Assembly (NCBI GenBank): GCA_964574575.1
Contig: CAZNNZ010000003.1
Span: 1 to 39,711 of the forward strand
Origin: an uncultured Planctomycetales bacterium
Lineage (GTDB): Bacteria; Omnitrophota; Gorgyraeia; Zapsychrales; JANLHA01
Reading direction: 5' to 3'
DNA: 39,711 nt
Under the pieces are notes generated by a model that had not been told where the DNA came from, made no database searches, and saw only the letters and a program-made list of their open reading frames with translations. Shown one piece after another: positions 1 through 7,531 of this stretch. The position numbers and the translations under genes are program-made. Positions within the stretch are counted from its first letter, which is position 1; each line of letters begins with the position of its first letter.

Positions 1-291
1 ACCAAAGATTCGCGTCATGAAAAATAGCTCAGACACAATTTTCTGGACAACTGTCGCAATCTGGGCAAAATTACGGACTTCCGGCCCGCATTTGACAACA
101 GAAATTTCGCCAGCTTCATCTTTGAGAGTAACTTCACGGGTTTCGGCGTTGATCGCTTCAACAATAAAGTTTGCACTTACCCCGCCGACAACCATACCGC
201 CAAATTCTTTAGGCATATCTTCTACTTCTTGAGCATACCCATTACCAGCCACTAACATGATTGCTAATACTGCAAACAAAATTTTCTTCAT
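1..291 (-). CDS. Small secreted protein of unknown function (N-terminal 97 codons; C-terminus lies beyond the left edge)
   Basis: Manual reverse-complement translation from ATG at 291..289 is open to position 1: MKKILFAVLAIMLVAGNGYAQEVEDMPKEFGG... It has a hydrophobic signal-peptide-like N-terminus with an AYA-Q type cleavage context. A GGGAG Shine-Dalgarno sits about 6 nt upstream. It is co-directional with every other gene. It is not in the supplied ORF track, probably because no stop codon falls in the window. Confidence 0.55.
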   Translation of the reverse strand, partial: MKKILFAVLAIMLVAGNGYAQEVEDMPKEFGGMVVGGVSANFIVEAINAETREVTLKDEAGEISVVKCGPEVRNFAQIATVVQKIVSELFFMTRIFG

Positions 292-459
292 ATAACTCCC
301 TTTCTTATTTTCAAAAACTTTCACACGCTACACGCGGTGACTTATTTTAATCCGATTGTTTTACTACGGTTACTACAATTGTTCTAATAAGAACGAAAAC
401 GATGGGTATTAAATATATTTTATTTTAATTGTTCTCCTTTTTTATTTGGTTATTAAACC

Positions 460-645
460 CAAATTTTGCATTACACCCCATTACGCGACGATCCGTCGCG
501 CACAAAAAAGTGAAATGCAAAATTTGCCTTCGGTTGTCCCGCCGGGACAAGGATTAACCTAAGCACGTCTCGCCGAAGTCGAGACATGCGGCCCTTTGGG
601 CGGATTTTGTTTGGCCTCGCAGAAGCGAGGCTAATACAAAATCCG
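460..645. other. Cluster of five GC-rich stem-loops, two of them nested (candidate structured RNA or REP-like palindromic elements)
   Basis: Inverted repeats read directly from the sequence. (a) 460-472 caaattttgcatt pairs with 514-526 aatgcaaaatttg and encloses 484-490 cgcgacg / 494-500 cgtcgcg. (b) 534-540 ttgtccc / 544-550 gggacaa. (c) 567-572 gtctcg / 580-585 cgagac; on the minus strand this closes a C(UUCG)G tetraloop. (d) 591-594 gccc / 598-601 gggc. (e) 601-610 cggattttgt / 636-645 acaaaatccg, enclosing 614-620 gcctcgc / 625-631 gcgaggc. The region is clearly more GC-rich than the flanking spacer 293-459. Confidence 0.5.
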
Positions 646-647
646 GG

Positions 648-1862
648 TTAAAAAATCGCCCCAAGAATTTTCTTAAGCAGAACTTCCAAGGGGATCATGG
701 TCAAGACCAAAGGTAATATTGGAATAAGAATACCACCAATAAGCTGAACAACCGTCTCCCTACCAAAAGGGAGAGGCTTGATATCCCGAATAAGTTGATA
801 ACTGTTGCCTAAATCTGCCAATGACTGTATGTCCGCACTACCAATAAATGGTTCAGTGTCAGTTGTGCTACTATGAACCCATTTGACGTCAAATTCATTG
901 ACGTACCTGCTGGCCAGTATGCCGTATTCACGCAAACCAGCCCTTTTAGCACGCGCAATAAGCGGTGAAAAAAACAAAAGCGGCCCTAATACCAAAACAA
1001 GAAGAAATAAAACCATCACAAAAACTTCTCCCTTAAATTCAACTAATTTCGCTCCTGCAAAAAAAATCGGATTGGCAAACAATCCCGCAAGCAAAGCCCC
1101 GTGAGCCATCAAAAGCGGTGCAAAAGCGGCACTGCTTTGACCCAAAAATCCCAATCCAGCGGCTCGATCAGGATGTGTTGGAATAAGATGAAGCTTAAGT
1201 CGCGACGTCTGAAAGAGAAACCGCGCCCAGATAAACATCCGATAATACCAACGAATTAAAAGAAACTGATACATCGGTCCACTAACAAAAATGTACCAAT
1301 ACCCTGCTAAAGAAAGTTTTGTGCCATCTGCGATTCTCGTCGAATACCATGTGCCCGTAACAGCTCCTATCTCTTGAATGCCGCTTAACATGCTCCAAAG
1401 ATAATGTCCACCGACAAAGACTAATAGCAACAACATTAGTTCAGCTATCATCGAATTGCGCCACTTCAATGCCGAAGCGATTAACTCCTTAAATTTCGGC
1501 AGGACATCTTTTCTGACGATATCTCTATCAATAAACTCTCCAACCGTCAATCGGATACGCTGGTGAACAACCAATTCAGCGACAATAAGCAGTGGCAACG
1601 TTATCAAAAAACGCACTTGCATTTCAATATCCTTAAGAAACGGCAAGCCACATCCTCCCCAAAGTTTTCCCTCAGCGAAAGCAAGCAACAAACGCGGCAA
1701 CCAAGCAAACATACTTAAAAAAACGATCCTGCGCCCCAAAAGTTCCAACGCCGGAGTAGCCAGGTGCGAACGCAAAAAGAATTGAAACAAAGGTCCTCCC
1801 AAAACCAGTGAAAAATCCGGCGGCTCATGAGAAATAAAACTTTGTGTCTTTTGACTTTTCAT
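648..1862 (-). CDS. Polytopic membrane protein, unknown function (about 8 predicted hydrophobic segments)
   Basis: 404-aa ORF with repeated 18-25 residue hydrophobic stretches (e.g. MIAELMLLLLVFVGGHYLW, VFVMVLFLLVLVLGPLLFF, VVQLIGGILIPILPLVLTMIPL). Its ATG overlaps the upstream gene's TGA in an ATGA at 1859-1862. I do not recognise a family. Confidence 0.75.
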   Translation of the reverse strand: MKSQKTQSFISHEPPDFSLVLGGPLFQFFLRSHLATPALELLGRRIVFLSMFAWLPRLLLAFAEGKLWGGCGLPFLKDIEMQVRFLITLPLLIVAELVVHQRIRLTVGEFIDRDIVRKDVLPKFKELIASALKWRNSMIAELMLLLLVFVGGHYLWSMLSGIQEIGAVTGTWYSTRIADGTKLSLAGYWYIFVSGPMYQFLLIRWYYRMFIWARFLFQTSRLKLHLIPTHPDRAAGLGFLGQSSAAFAPLLMAHGALLAGLFANPIFFAGAKLVEFKGEVFVMVLFLLVLVLGPLLFFSPLIARAKRAGLREYGILASRYVNEFDVKWVHSSTTDTEPFIGSADIQSLADLGNSYQLIRDIKPLPFGRETVVQLIGGILIPILPLVLTMIPLEVLLKKILGAIF

Positions 1863-2428
1863 TCACGGGACCCTTTCAGATGACCTTTTACCACCAAACT
1901 TTTGATCTGTCCACTTTTTTGAAAAAAGAAGATCTTGCCTATCTGCCCCGGCCCTAAAATATTTCCCAATTCTCTAATCCCAAAAAAAGGAATAAAAACA
2001 AAAAAAACAATAAAAAGCTGTGCTAACCATTCGTAATTAAAAACAGTTAAAAGATGATCCAGCGCTTCGAGCAAGCCTTTCCCACCCCAAAAACTACGAA
2101 TTAAAGACTCAATAATAGTAAAGAAAGCAACAAAAACCGTAAAGATAAATGCCCGATAGATCGTTGGAATAATCAACGGATGTTCTTCGAATTTACGGCC
2201 AAGATGCAAAGCTTCACCGACTAGCATAATTTTTGCTAGAATAAGCGCCTTAATCAAACTACTGCCGTAATCACCATAATCAATTTCATAATACGCTAGA
2301 ATCAATCTACGATACGTCGTAAAAACGCTAAAAAAAATGGTCAGAAAAAGAACATTAAACCAATACTCCATCATTTCGCGATAAAATTTTTCTTTCCAGC
2401 CCATTTTTTTGTTTTGACTTTTATCCAT
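1859..2428 (-). CDS. Small membrane protein, unknown function (3-4 hydrophobic segments)
   Basis: 189-aa ORF with hydrophobic segments YWFNVLFLTIFFSVFTTY, IYRAFIFTVFVAFFTIIESL and WLAQLFIVFFVFIPFFGI. It overlaps the upstream channel gene by 8 nt (ATGGATAA) and the downstream gene by 4 nt. Confidence 0.7.
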   Translation of the reverse strand: MDKSQNKKMGWKEKFYREMMEYWFNVLFLTIFFSVFTTYRRLILAYYEIDYGDYGSSLIKALILAKIMLVGEALHLGRKFEEHPLIIPTIYRAFIFTVFVAFFTIIESLIRSFWGGKGLLEALDHLLTVFNYEWLAQLFIVFFVFIPFFGIRELGNILGPGQIGKIFFFQKSGQIKSLVVKGHLKGSRE

Positions 2429-3092
2429 TGCTCTTTACACCCATTTCATAGGCAATACGAAAACCTATCAATCGACTGATAAAAACCGCCATATAAATTT
2501 GAGCCAGCATCGCTTCCATAACAGCCAGCATTTCTGTGACAGATGTCGCAGGAATAATGTCACCGTATCCTAAGGTCGCCAGGGTTACATAGCTAAAATA
2601 AAAAAGATTCTTACTGTTTGGATTATTGAAAATAAAAGAGCTGGGATCAAAATAATAGATGATCTGATAAAGAAAGGCCCAAAGAATTCCCATCAAAAAA
2701 TATATCCCAATGCCGGCCTTAACATGATCCGACGACACATCTTTGACTTTTAATAAAATAGAAAGCATTTTTTGAAACAAAACAATAAGCACCAGACAAT
2801 GCATTACGTTGACAAAAACACCAAGCGATTGACTCGACACAGACCGAGAATAAAAAGCAATAACATTGAGAGTACAAATCCCCAAGTAACAACACGCAAG
2901 AAGAAAAAACTTTTTACGACTTTCAATGAAAAACTTCAAAATAGAAACAATGATAAGGGCATAAAGACAGGCCGTCAAAGGGAACATTTGTTGGTCGGCG
3001 TACTGTTGAAAAAAAGCGCTGATAAAAAGCATGCCAATGATCCCGTATAAAAAGAAATCGACTCGATATTTCTTAATTTTGTCCCAAATCAT
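2421..3092 (-). CDS. Potassium-channel-like pore protein (Ion_trans_2-like), with no obvious cytoplasmic gating domain
   Basis: 223-aa membrane ORF containing the canonical K+ selectivity-filter signature in YVTLATLGYGDIIP. A pore-helix-like segment precedes it and an inner-helix-like segment (MLAQIYMAVFISRLIGF) follows. There are several extra N-terminal hydrophobic helices. No arginine-repeat voltage sensor and no RCK-like tail is visible. Confidence 0.8.
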   Translation of the reverse strand: MIWDKIKKYRVDFFLYGIIGMLFISAFFQQYADQQMFPLTACLYALIIVSILKFFIESRKKFFLLACCYLGICTLNVIAFYSRSVSSQSLGVFVNVMHCLVLIVLFQKMLSILLKVKDVSSDHVKAGIGIYFLMGILWAFLYQIIYYFDPSSFIFNNPNSKNLFYFSYVTLATLGYGDIIPATSVTEMLAVMEAMLAQIYMAVFISRLIGFRIAYEMGVKSNG

Positions 3093-3105
3093 ATTCTTTC
3101 AATCT

Positions 3106-4848
3106 TTATTTTTTACTATCGTTTTTTACACAAGCTTTTTCTTCAAGAAACTTTTGAACAGCAATCTCAACATCAAAATGCATACGCCCTTGCATTAACC
3201 TCTCCCCCAAATTTGAATGTCGAACAACATCCAACGCGCGCGGATTAAGCGCACAAAACCATAAATCAATACCGTGATCCCGAAGTCTTTTTTCTCCCTG
3301 ATCAAGCATCTCAAGAGCCGTATATTCAATATCCGGGACAGCGTCGAGGTCAAGAATGATAACACGCGCTGAATGTTGATTAATCAGTTCACGCATCCGA
3401 TCAAAAGCGTGCGGCGCACTCATAAAAGTCAGTGTCCCTTCAAGCCGAAGAATAATTAAACCCGGATACGTCATATCCTCAGGATGGTCATCTAAAGAGC
3501 GAAAAACATTCGTGCCAGCTTTGCGTCCCAAAAGATACACGGGCGGATGATTTGCTTTATACATCAATGTTAAAACAGAAACGACGACCGCAATAAGCAC
3601 GCCATCCATGACCCCAAACAGAACAACCCCCGCTGTAGCAATACTGGCCCAAAAAAATTCTGTTTTGCGTACAGTGTAAATTGTACGAAAACTTTTAATG
3701 CTAAACATCGGCACTGAAACAAAAATAATAACCGCTGCCAAAGCGCTAAGCGGAATAAAGCTCAACACTGGCGCTAGAAATAACATCACCAAGAGCGCAA
3801 TCACAGCCGTCACTAAACCCGCAGCTTGCGAACGCGCGCCGGCCACGGCATTGGTTGACGTTTGCGCCATGCCACCGCCGCCGGGAAAATTTTGGAAAAA
3901 TCCACCGCAAAGGTTAGCAAAGCCCGTCGCCAACAAATCGCGATTGGCATTGGGAGCGTTTTCTGATGGTTTTAAAAAAGATTTACCGGAAGCCACTGTT
4001 TCAATAAAAGACATCAAGGCAATCCCCACAGCGCCGGGGAAAAATTGTCGCATAAGCGAAACATCAGGCAAAGAAAATAAAGGCAACCCACCCGGCACGA
4101 GGCCAACACAGTCAACCCCGGCACTTTTAAGTCCAAATGCCGCCGAAACGCCAATCGCACCCACCATGCCAGCCAAAACAACGGGAAATTTAGGAAAAAA
4201 CCGTCTTAAAACAACCATCAAGGCAATTGTCCCAATACCGACCAGCGCTGTTAAAAAACGAATATCCGGCGCATGTTGAAAAATAGCAAAAATATCGCGA
4301 AAAAATCCAGCTTTTTGAAAATGAATTCCCAATAGCTTTGGGATTTGATCAACGATAATAACCGTGGCTATGCCCGCCTTAAAACCGGTCAAGACCGGCG
4401 AAGAAATAAAATACCCTAAAAACCCTAAGCGAAACACGGACGCGCCAACTAAAATAATCCCGACGAGAAAAGCCAGTGTTGCCGCAGCGGCGATCTGTCC
4501 TGCAGAGCCGATATCCGGCGGCAAGGTTGCCAATTGGGCTTGTGTTAAAATTGCAAGAACGGTTGTCGAACTGACGCTTAACTGTTTGGATGATCCTAAT
4601 ATTCCGTAAACAACCAAGGGGACAAAAGCTGTATACAAACCTGTTTCGACCGGAAGACCAGCGATAACCGCATAAGCCATGGCTTTTGGAATAACAACGG
4701 CAGCAGCCGTCACCCCAGCAATTAAATCAAACCGAAATAATGATCGGTCATAATTTAAAAACCAAAAGGATTCACTTAACTTTTTTACGACTGTGTTGAT
4801 AGGGACTCCCTCTTTAGGAACTTTTCGCAAGATTCTTAAAGAACGCAC
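3106..4848 (-). CDS. SulP-family anion transporter with C-terminal STAS domain
   Basis: 580-aa ORF with the typical SulP N-terminal region (FDLIAGVTAAAVVIPKAMAYAVIAGLPVETGLYTAFVPLVVYGILGSSKQLSVS), many TM segments, and a soluble C-terminal about 120 aa with a STAS-like pattern (LIILRLEGTLTFMSAPHAFDRM...VIILDLDAVPDIEYTALEML). The start is a GTG at 4848 with GAAGG upstream. It overlaps the upstream ORF by 35 nt, so the start is uncertain. Confidence 0.9.
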   Translation of the reverse strand: MRSLRILRKVPKEGVPINTVVKKLSESFWFLNYDRSLFRFDLIAGVTAAAVVIPKAMAYAVIAGLPVETGLYTAFVPLVVYGILGSSKQLSVSSTTVLAILTQAQLATLPPDIGSAGQIAAAATLAFLVGIILVGASVFRLGFLGYFISSPVLTGFKAGIATVIIVDQIPKLLGIHFQKAGFFRDIFAIFQHAPDIRFLTALVGIGTIALMVVLRRFFPKFPVVLAGMVGAIGVSAAFGLKSAGVDCVGLVPGGLPLFSLPDVSLMRQFFPGAVGIALMSFIETVASGKSFLKPSENAPNANRDLLATGFANLCGGFFQNFPGGGGMAQTSTNAVAGARSQAAGLVTAVIALLVMLFLAPVLSFIPLSALAAVIIFVSVPMFSIKSFRTIYTVRKTEFFWASIATAGVVLFGVMDGVLIAVVVSVLTLMYKANHPPVYLLGRKAGTNVFRSLDDHPEDMTYPGLIILRLEGTLTFMSAPHAFDRMRELINQHSARVIILDLDAVPDIEYTALEMLDQGEKRLRDHGIDLWFCALNPRALDVVRHSNLGERLMQGRMHFDVEIAVQKFLEEKACVKNDSKK

Positions 4849-5353
4849 TCTTGCCTTCTTGCAATAACTCCGATGGTTTAATAGTCGCGACTATTTTTAA
4901 AAGCAGTCCAGCAAGCCCCGTCCAACCCGTTTGATGACTGGCGCCAATTCCGGCCCCTGTATCACCATGAAAATATTCGTAAAAAAGGATATGGTCTTTC
5001 CAGTAAGGGTCCTTTTGGAATTTTTGTTCGGTCCCATAAACCGGACGCTGCCCCTTAGAGTCCTGAAGAAAAATCCCACAAATCCTCTGCCCAATCTGGC
5101 CTGCGACTTCAAAAAGTGTCATCATCTTGCCAGATCCCGTCGGAAATTCAACCTTAAGATCATCTCCAAAATATTTATAGAGATTTAAAAGCGCGCGAAT
5201 GAGCAAAATATTCATCGGCATCCACACAGGCCCGCGCCAATTAGAATTGCCTCCAAACATTCCGGAATCTGAATCACCCGGAAGATAACCGACTCCATAT
5301 TCCTGATCGCCAAATTTAATCGAGAACGGATGTTCGGCATGAAAACGCGACAA
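4814..5353 (-). CDS. C-terminal fragment of a GH63-like (MGH1-like) glycoside hydrolase, in the same frame as 5384..7531
   Basis: Contains GGNSNWRGPVWMPMNILLIRAL and FHGDTGAGIGASHQTGWTGL, which I recognise as the C-terminal (alpha/alpha)6-barrel part of the about 890-aa glucosidase / mannosylglycerate-hydrolase-like family. The listed TTG start is probably artefactual. The reading frame continues upstream to the TAA at 5384-5386 (E F L G P Y G I R S L S R F H...). Confidence 0.7.
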   Translation of the reverse strand: MSRFHAEHPFSIKFGDQEYGVGYLPGDSDSGMFGGNSNWRGPVWMPMNILLIRALLNLYKYFGDDLKVEFPTGSGKMMTLFEVAGQIGQRICGIFLQDSKGQRPVYGTEQKFQKDPYWKDHILFYEYFHGDTGAGIGASHQTGWTGLAGLLLKIVATIKPSELLQEGKSAFFKNLAKSS

Positions 5354-5383
5354 AGAGCGAATGCCGTAAGGGCCTAAAAATTC

Positions 5384-7531
5384 TTATTCATCCAAAAGAG
5401 TCTTTAAAACCCTGTGAAGTTTTTCTTTGCTCATGACCGAGCTCAAACTCATTTGCTGTTTATTCGTATCCGTAAGTGCGGTTGGGAAAATCACTGACGC
5501 AATTTCGGGAAAACGAGCCAAAAGCTCTGCGATGTGAGCACGTAGACGAGGCAAAGCATTTACTTTGTTTTGATCAATACACGTTACGGCACACAAAGGC
5601 AAAAGTCCAACAAGAGAACGCACTTTCATCAAAATCGGATCCTCGCCGGGAACCTGTAAAAGATCATAATAAAACCCATCTTTCTCATCCCACATGCTGT
5701 CCTTGCCAGAACGATTTAAGCCAGCCGAAATCCAGAAGAAATGATCTGCAAATTTGATGGCAAAATCCTCATAGAGTGCTGGGTCTTCGGAAGAAAGCTC
5801 AATGGCTATTTCAAAAAGATTCTGACTAAAAAGAACCATCCACGCGGTTCCGTCGGCCTGTTCCATATAGCCGCCTTTTGGCAAAGGACTGCTACGATCA
5901 AAAACACCGATATTGTCCATTCCCAAAAACCCGCCTTCAAAAACATTTTTACTAAACCGATCTTTACGATTGACCCACCAGGTAAAATTTAAGAGCAGTT
6001 TTCCGAAAGCCCGTTTGAGAAAATCCATATCGCCTTTTCCATTAATGGATTGCTCACTGCGATAAATAAACAGCGTTGCCCACGCATGGACAGGAGGATT
6101 CACATCATTAAAATTCCATTCATAAGCCGGAATCTGGCCATTAGGATGCATATATTGCTCGGACAAGACAAGCAAAAGTTGACTTTTTGCAAAATCCAAA
6201 TCAATTGGAGCAAAAGCGACAGCATGAAATGCTAAATCCCACGATGCATACCACGGATATTCCCATTTGTCCGGCATAGAAATCACATGGTCATTGACCA
6301 TATGAAACCAATTTTTGTTGCGAGCCAAACGGCTCTCGGCTTTGAGCGGATCCGCGCCATGCTCTTCAAGCCAGCGATTAGCATCAAAATAATAATACTG
6401 CTTTGTCCACAACATCCCAGCAAAACTCTGGCGCATCACGTTAGCTTTATCAGGTCCAATATCAGCTGGAATAACAGCAGAATAAAACTCATCGGCGTCG
6501 GCTTTGCGCGATTCAAAAACAGCGTCGAAATCTTTTCCAAAAGCTTGCGTCAATTTTTTGTCGGCATTTTGACAAAGCCGTAAAGTTACGACTTTGCTCT
6601 CCCCCGGCTCAAGACTTAAAAAATGGCTGGCCGCAACCTTGGTGCCGCAATTTTGAGGGTTAACACTTTCTTTTTTTCCGTTAATAAAATAATCATGAAT
6701 ACTGTCTTTAACATAGGGAGTTGAATTAGACTTCTTAAAAATACGCTCTTGATTAGTCTCGTTTTCAGTAAATAAAAGTTTATCCGAACCTTTAGAAAAT
6801 AAATAAAAAATGCCCAGTTCATTGTGATTGGCTTCTACAATGTTAACACCCTCTGCCCCGGGAATCTGCTTAAGCGATGGTTTTTTAATATTCCCTTTTT
6901 CCCAAGACCATGTATTGCGAAACCACAGCGTCGGAAGAAGATGAATATCCGATTTTTCAGGCCCGCGGTTATGGACGGTGATTTTGATCAACATATCTTC
7001 AGCTTGCGCCTTGGCATACTCAACAAAAACATCAAAATACCGATCCTCTGCAAAAGCTCCGGTATCCAAAAGTTCGTATTCTGGTTCTTTGCGATTACGC
7101 GCGGCATTGGTGCTGACTAAATCGTCATAAGGAAATGGCTTCTGCGGATATTTATACAGCCACTTCATATAACTGTGAGTCGGGGTATTATCCAAATAAA
7201 AATAATACTCCTTCACATCTTCGCCGTGATTGCCTTCACCATTGGTCAGCCCAAAGAGGCGTTCTTTGAGGATCGGGTCTTTGCCATTCCACATGGCCAG
7301 CGCAAAACAAAGGCGTTGTTTATCGTCGCTAATTCCAGCCAATCCATCTTCGCCCCAGCGATAAGCCCGCGAACGGCTGTGATCATGCGTAAAATATTTC
7401 CAGGAATCGCCATCCTCACTGTAATCCTCGCGGACAGTTCCCCACTGACGCTCACTTAAGTACGGTCCCCATTTTTTCCATGCGAGCGAACCGTCCTTAT
7501 CTTCCTGTAATCTTTTTTCTTCATTATTCAT
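5384..7531 (-). CDS. N-terminal and central part of a GH63-like (MGH1-like) glycoside hydrolase, ended by an in-frame TAA
   Basis: 715-aa ORF. Its N-terminus (WKKWGPYLSERQWGTVREDYSEDGDSWKYFTHDHSRSRAYRWGEDGLAGISD) and NGEGNHGEDVKEYYFYLDNTPTHSYMK are characteristic of this family. Its ATG overlaps the DUF2950 TGA (ATGA at 7528-7531). 5384 minus 4814 is 570, a multiple of 3, so both fragments share one frame. Confidence 0.85.
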   Translation of the reverse strand: MNNEEKRLQEDKDGSLAWKKWGPYLSERQWGTVREDYSEDGDSWKYFTHDHSRSRAYRWGEDGLAGISDDKQRLCFALAMWNGKDPILKERLFGLTNGEGNHGEDVKEYYFYLDNTPTHSYMKWLYKYPQKPFPYDDLVSTNAARNRKEPEYELLDTGAFAEDRYFDVFVEYAKAQAEDMLIKITVHNRGPEKSDIHLLPTLWFRNTWSWEKGNIKKPSLKQIPGAEGVNIVEANHNELGIFYLFSKGSDKLLFTENETNQERIFKKSNSTPYVKDSIHDYFINGKKESVNPQNCGTKVAASHFLSLEPGESKVVTLRLCQNADKKLTQAFGKDFDAVFESRKADADEFYSAVIPADIGPDKANVMRQSFAGMLWTKQYYYFDANRWLEEHGADPLKAESRLARNKNWFHMVNDHVISMPDKWEYPWYASWDLAFHAVAFAPIDLDFAKSQLLLVLSEQYMHPNGQIPAYEWNFNDVNPPVHAWATLFIYRSEQSINGKGDMDFLKRAFGKLLLNFTWWVNRKDRFSKNVFEGGFLGMDNIGVFDRSSPLPKGGYMEQADGTAWMVLFSQNLFEIAIELSSEDPALYEDFAIKFADHFFWISAGLNRSGKDSMWDEKDGFYYDLLQVPGEDPILMKVRSLVGLLPLCAVTCIDQNKVNALPRLRAHIAELLARFPEIASVIFPTALTDTNKQQMSLSSVMSKEKLHRVLKTLLDE

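Noticed and set aside
17-232. Plus-strand 71-aa ORF from the track
   Set aside because: It lies antisense to a longer minus-strand frame that has a signal peptide and SD and matches the orientation of all neighbours. The plus ORF has low-complexity Thr/Ser/Pro-rich content and no recognisable start context.
471-587. 38-aa minus-strand ORF (MSRLRRDVLRLILVPAGQPKANFAFHFFVRDGSSRNGV) inside the stem-loop cluster
   Set aside because: Its codons are almost entirely made of the palindrome arms. It is short and Arg-rich, and the apparent AAGGG upstream is itself part of a hairpin. This is more parsimoniously a by-product of the repeats.
601-645. Nested hairpin immediately after the stop at 648 as a rho-independent terminator
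   Set aside because: The stem is stable, but no U-tract follows it on the minus strand, where the next bases are CCCAAAGGGCC. None of the other hairpins in the cluster is followed by a U-tract on either strand.
3698-4279. Long antisense or alternate-frame ORFs inside strongly supported genes (e.g. 3698..4279, 12495..12830, 13530..14018, 22632..23228, 28817..29248, 30672..31313, 37542..37934)
   Set aside because: Each is fully embedded in a minus-strand CDS with clear family motifs. Their translations are basic and low-complexity (K/R/N/P/T-rich) and lack recognisable motifs, which is typical of shadow ORFs.
5384-5386. Alternative genetic code or stop-codon reassignment as the explanation for the in-frame TAA in the GH63-like gene
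   Set aside because: TAA also terminates several well-delimited genes here, with stops at 648, 2421, 3106, 8544, 11269, 15375 and 25555. TGA and TAG are likewise used as stops (e.g. 12171, 22329, 9950, 14707). Global reassignment is therefore not supported. Local read-through cannot be excluded.
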